64,000 nt of DNA from Octopus vulgaris. Its lineage: Eukaryota. The notes under the pieces are model-generated. The model was not told the DNA's origin, made no database searches, and worked only from the letters and a program-made list of their open reading frames with translations. A program made the translations under genes and the position numbers. The stretch spans positions 19,220,001 to 19,284,000 of the forward strand of contig OX597816.1 in NCBI GenBank assembly GCA_951406725.2, read 5' to 3'. Shown piece by piece: positions 63,811 through 64,000 of the stretch. Position 1 is the stretch's first letter. Each line of letters begins with the position of its first letter.

Positions 63811-64000
<190 letters not shown>

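Overview
AT-rich, microsatellite-dense animal non-coding DNA with no intact cellular gene that I can support. The SINE families and the (TA)n/(AAT)n/(CA)n density are most consistent with a coleoid cephalopod (Octopus-like) intron or intergenic region; this is an inference from recall of the repeat families. Nearly all ORFs in the track are microsatellite artefacts. Real coding remnants are a 5'-truncated R4/Dong-type RLE LINE inserted in (AAT)n, the 3' end of a CR1-clade LINE, two Penelope-like element (PLE) fragments (N-terminal domain; linker plus GIY-YIG), an internally deleted mariner and several decayed LINE pieces. About 25 tRNA-derived SINE copies from at least four families, Helitron/Helentron-like non-autonomous elements and two fold-back MITEs fill much of the rest. 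Most interesting: (i) six hammerhead-ribozyme motifs in PLE-type tails, including a perfect 132-bp palindrome encoding one hammerhead on each strand and two non-canonical cores; (ii) head-less SINE concatemers with the same tail-to-hairpin junction at two loci, one a 7-mer with higher-order structure; (iii) a SINE/CR1 shared 3' stem-loop with compensatory changes, plus an apparently tail-swapped chimeric SINE.
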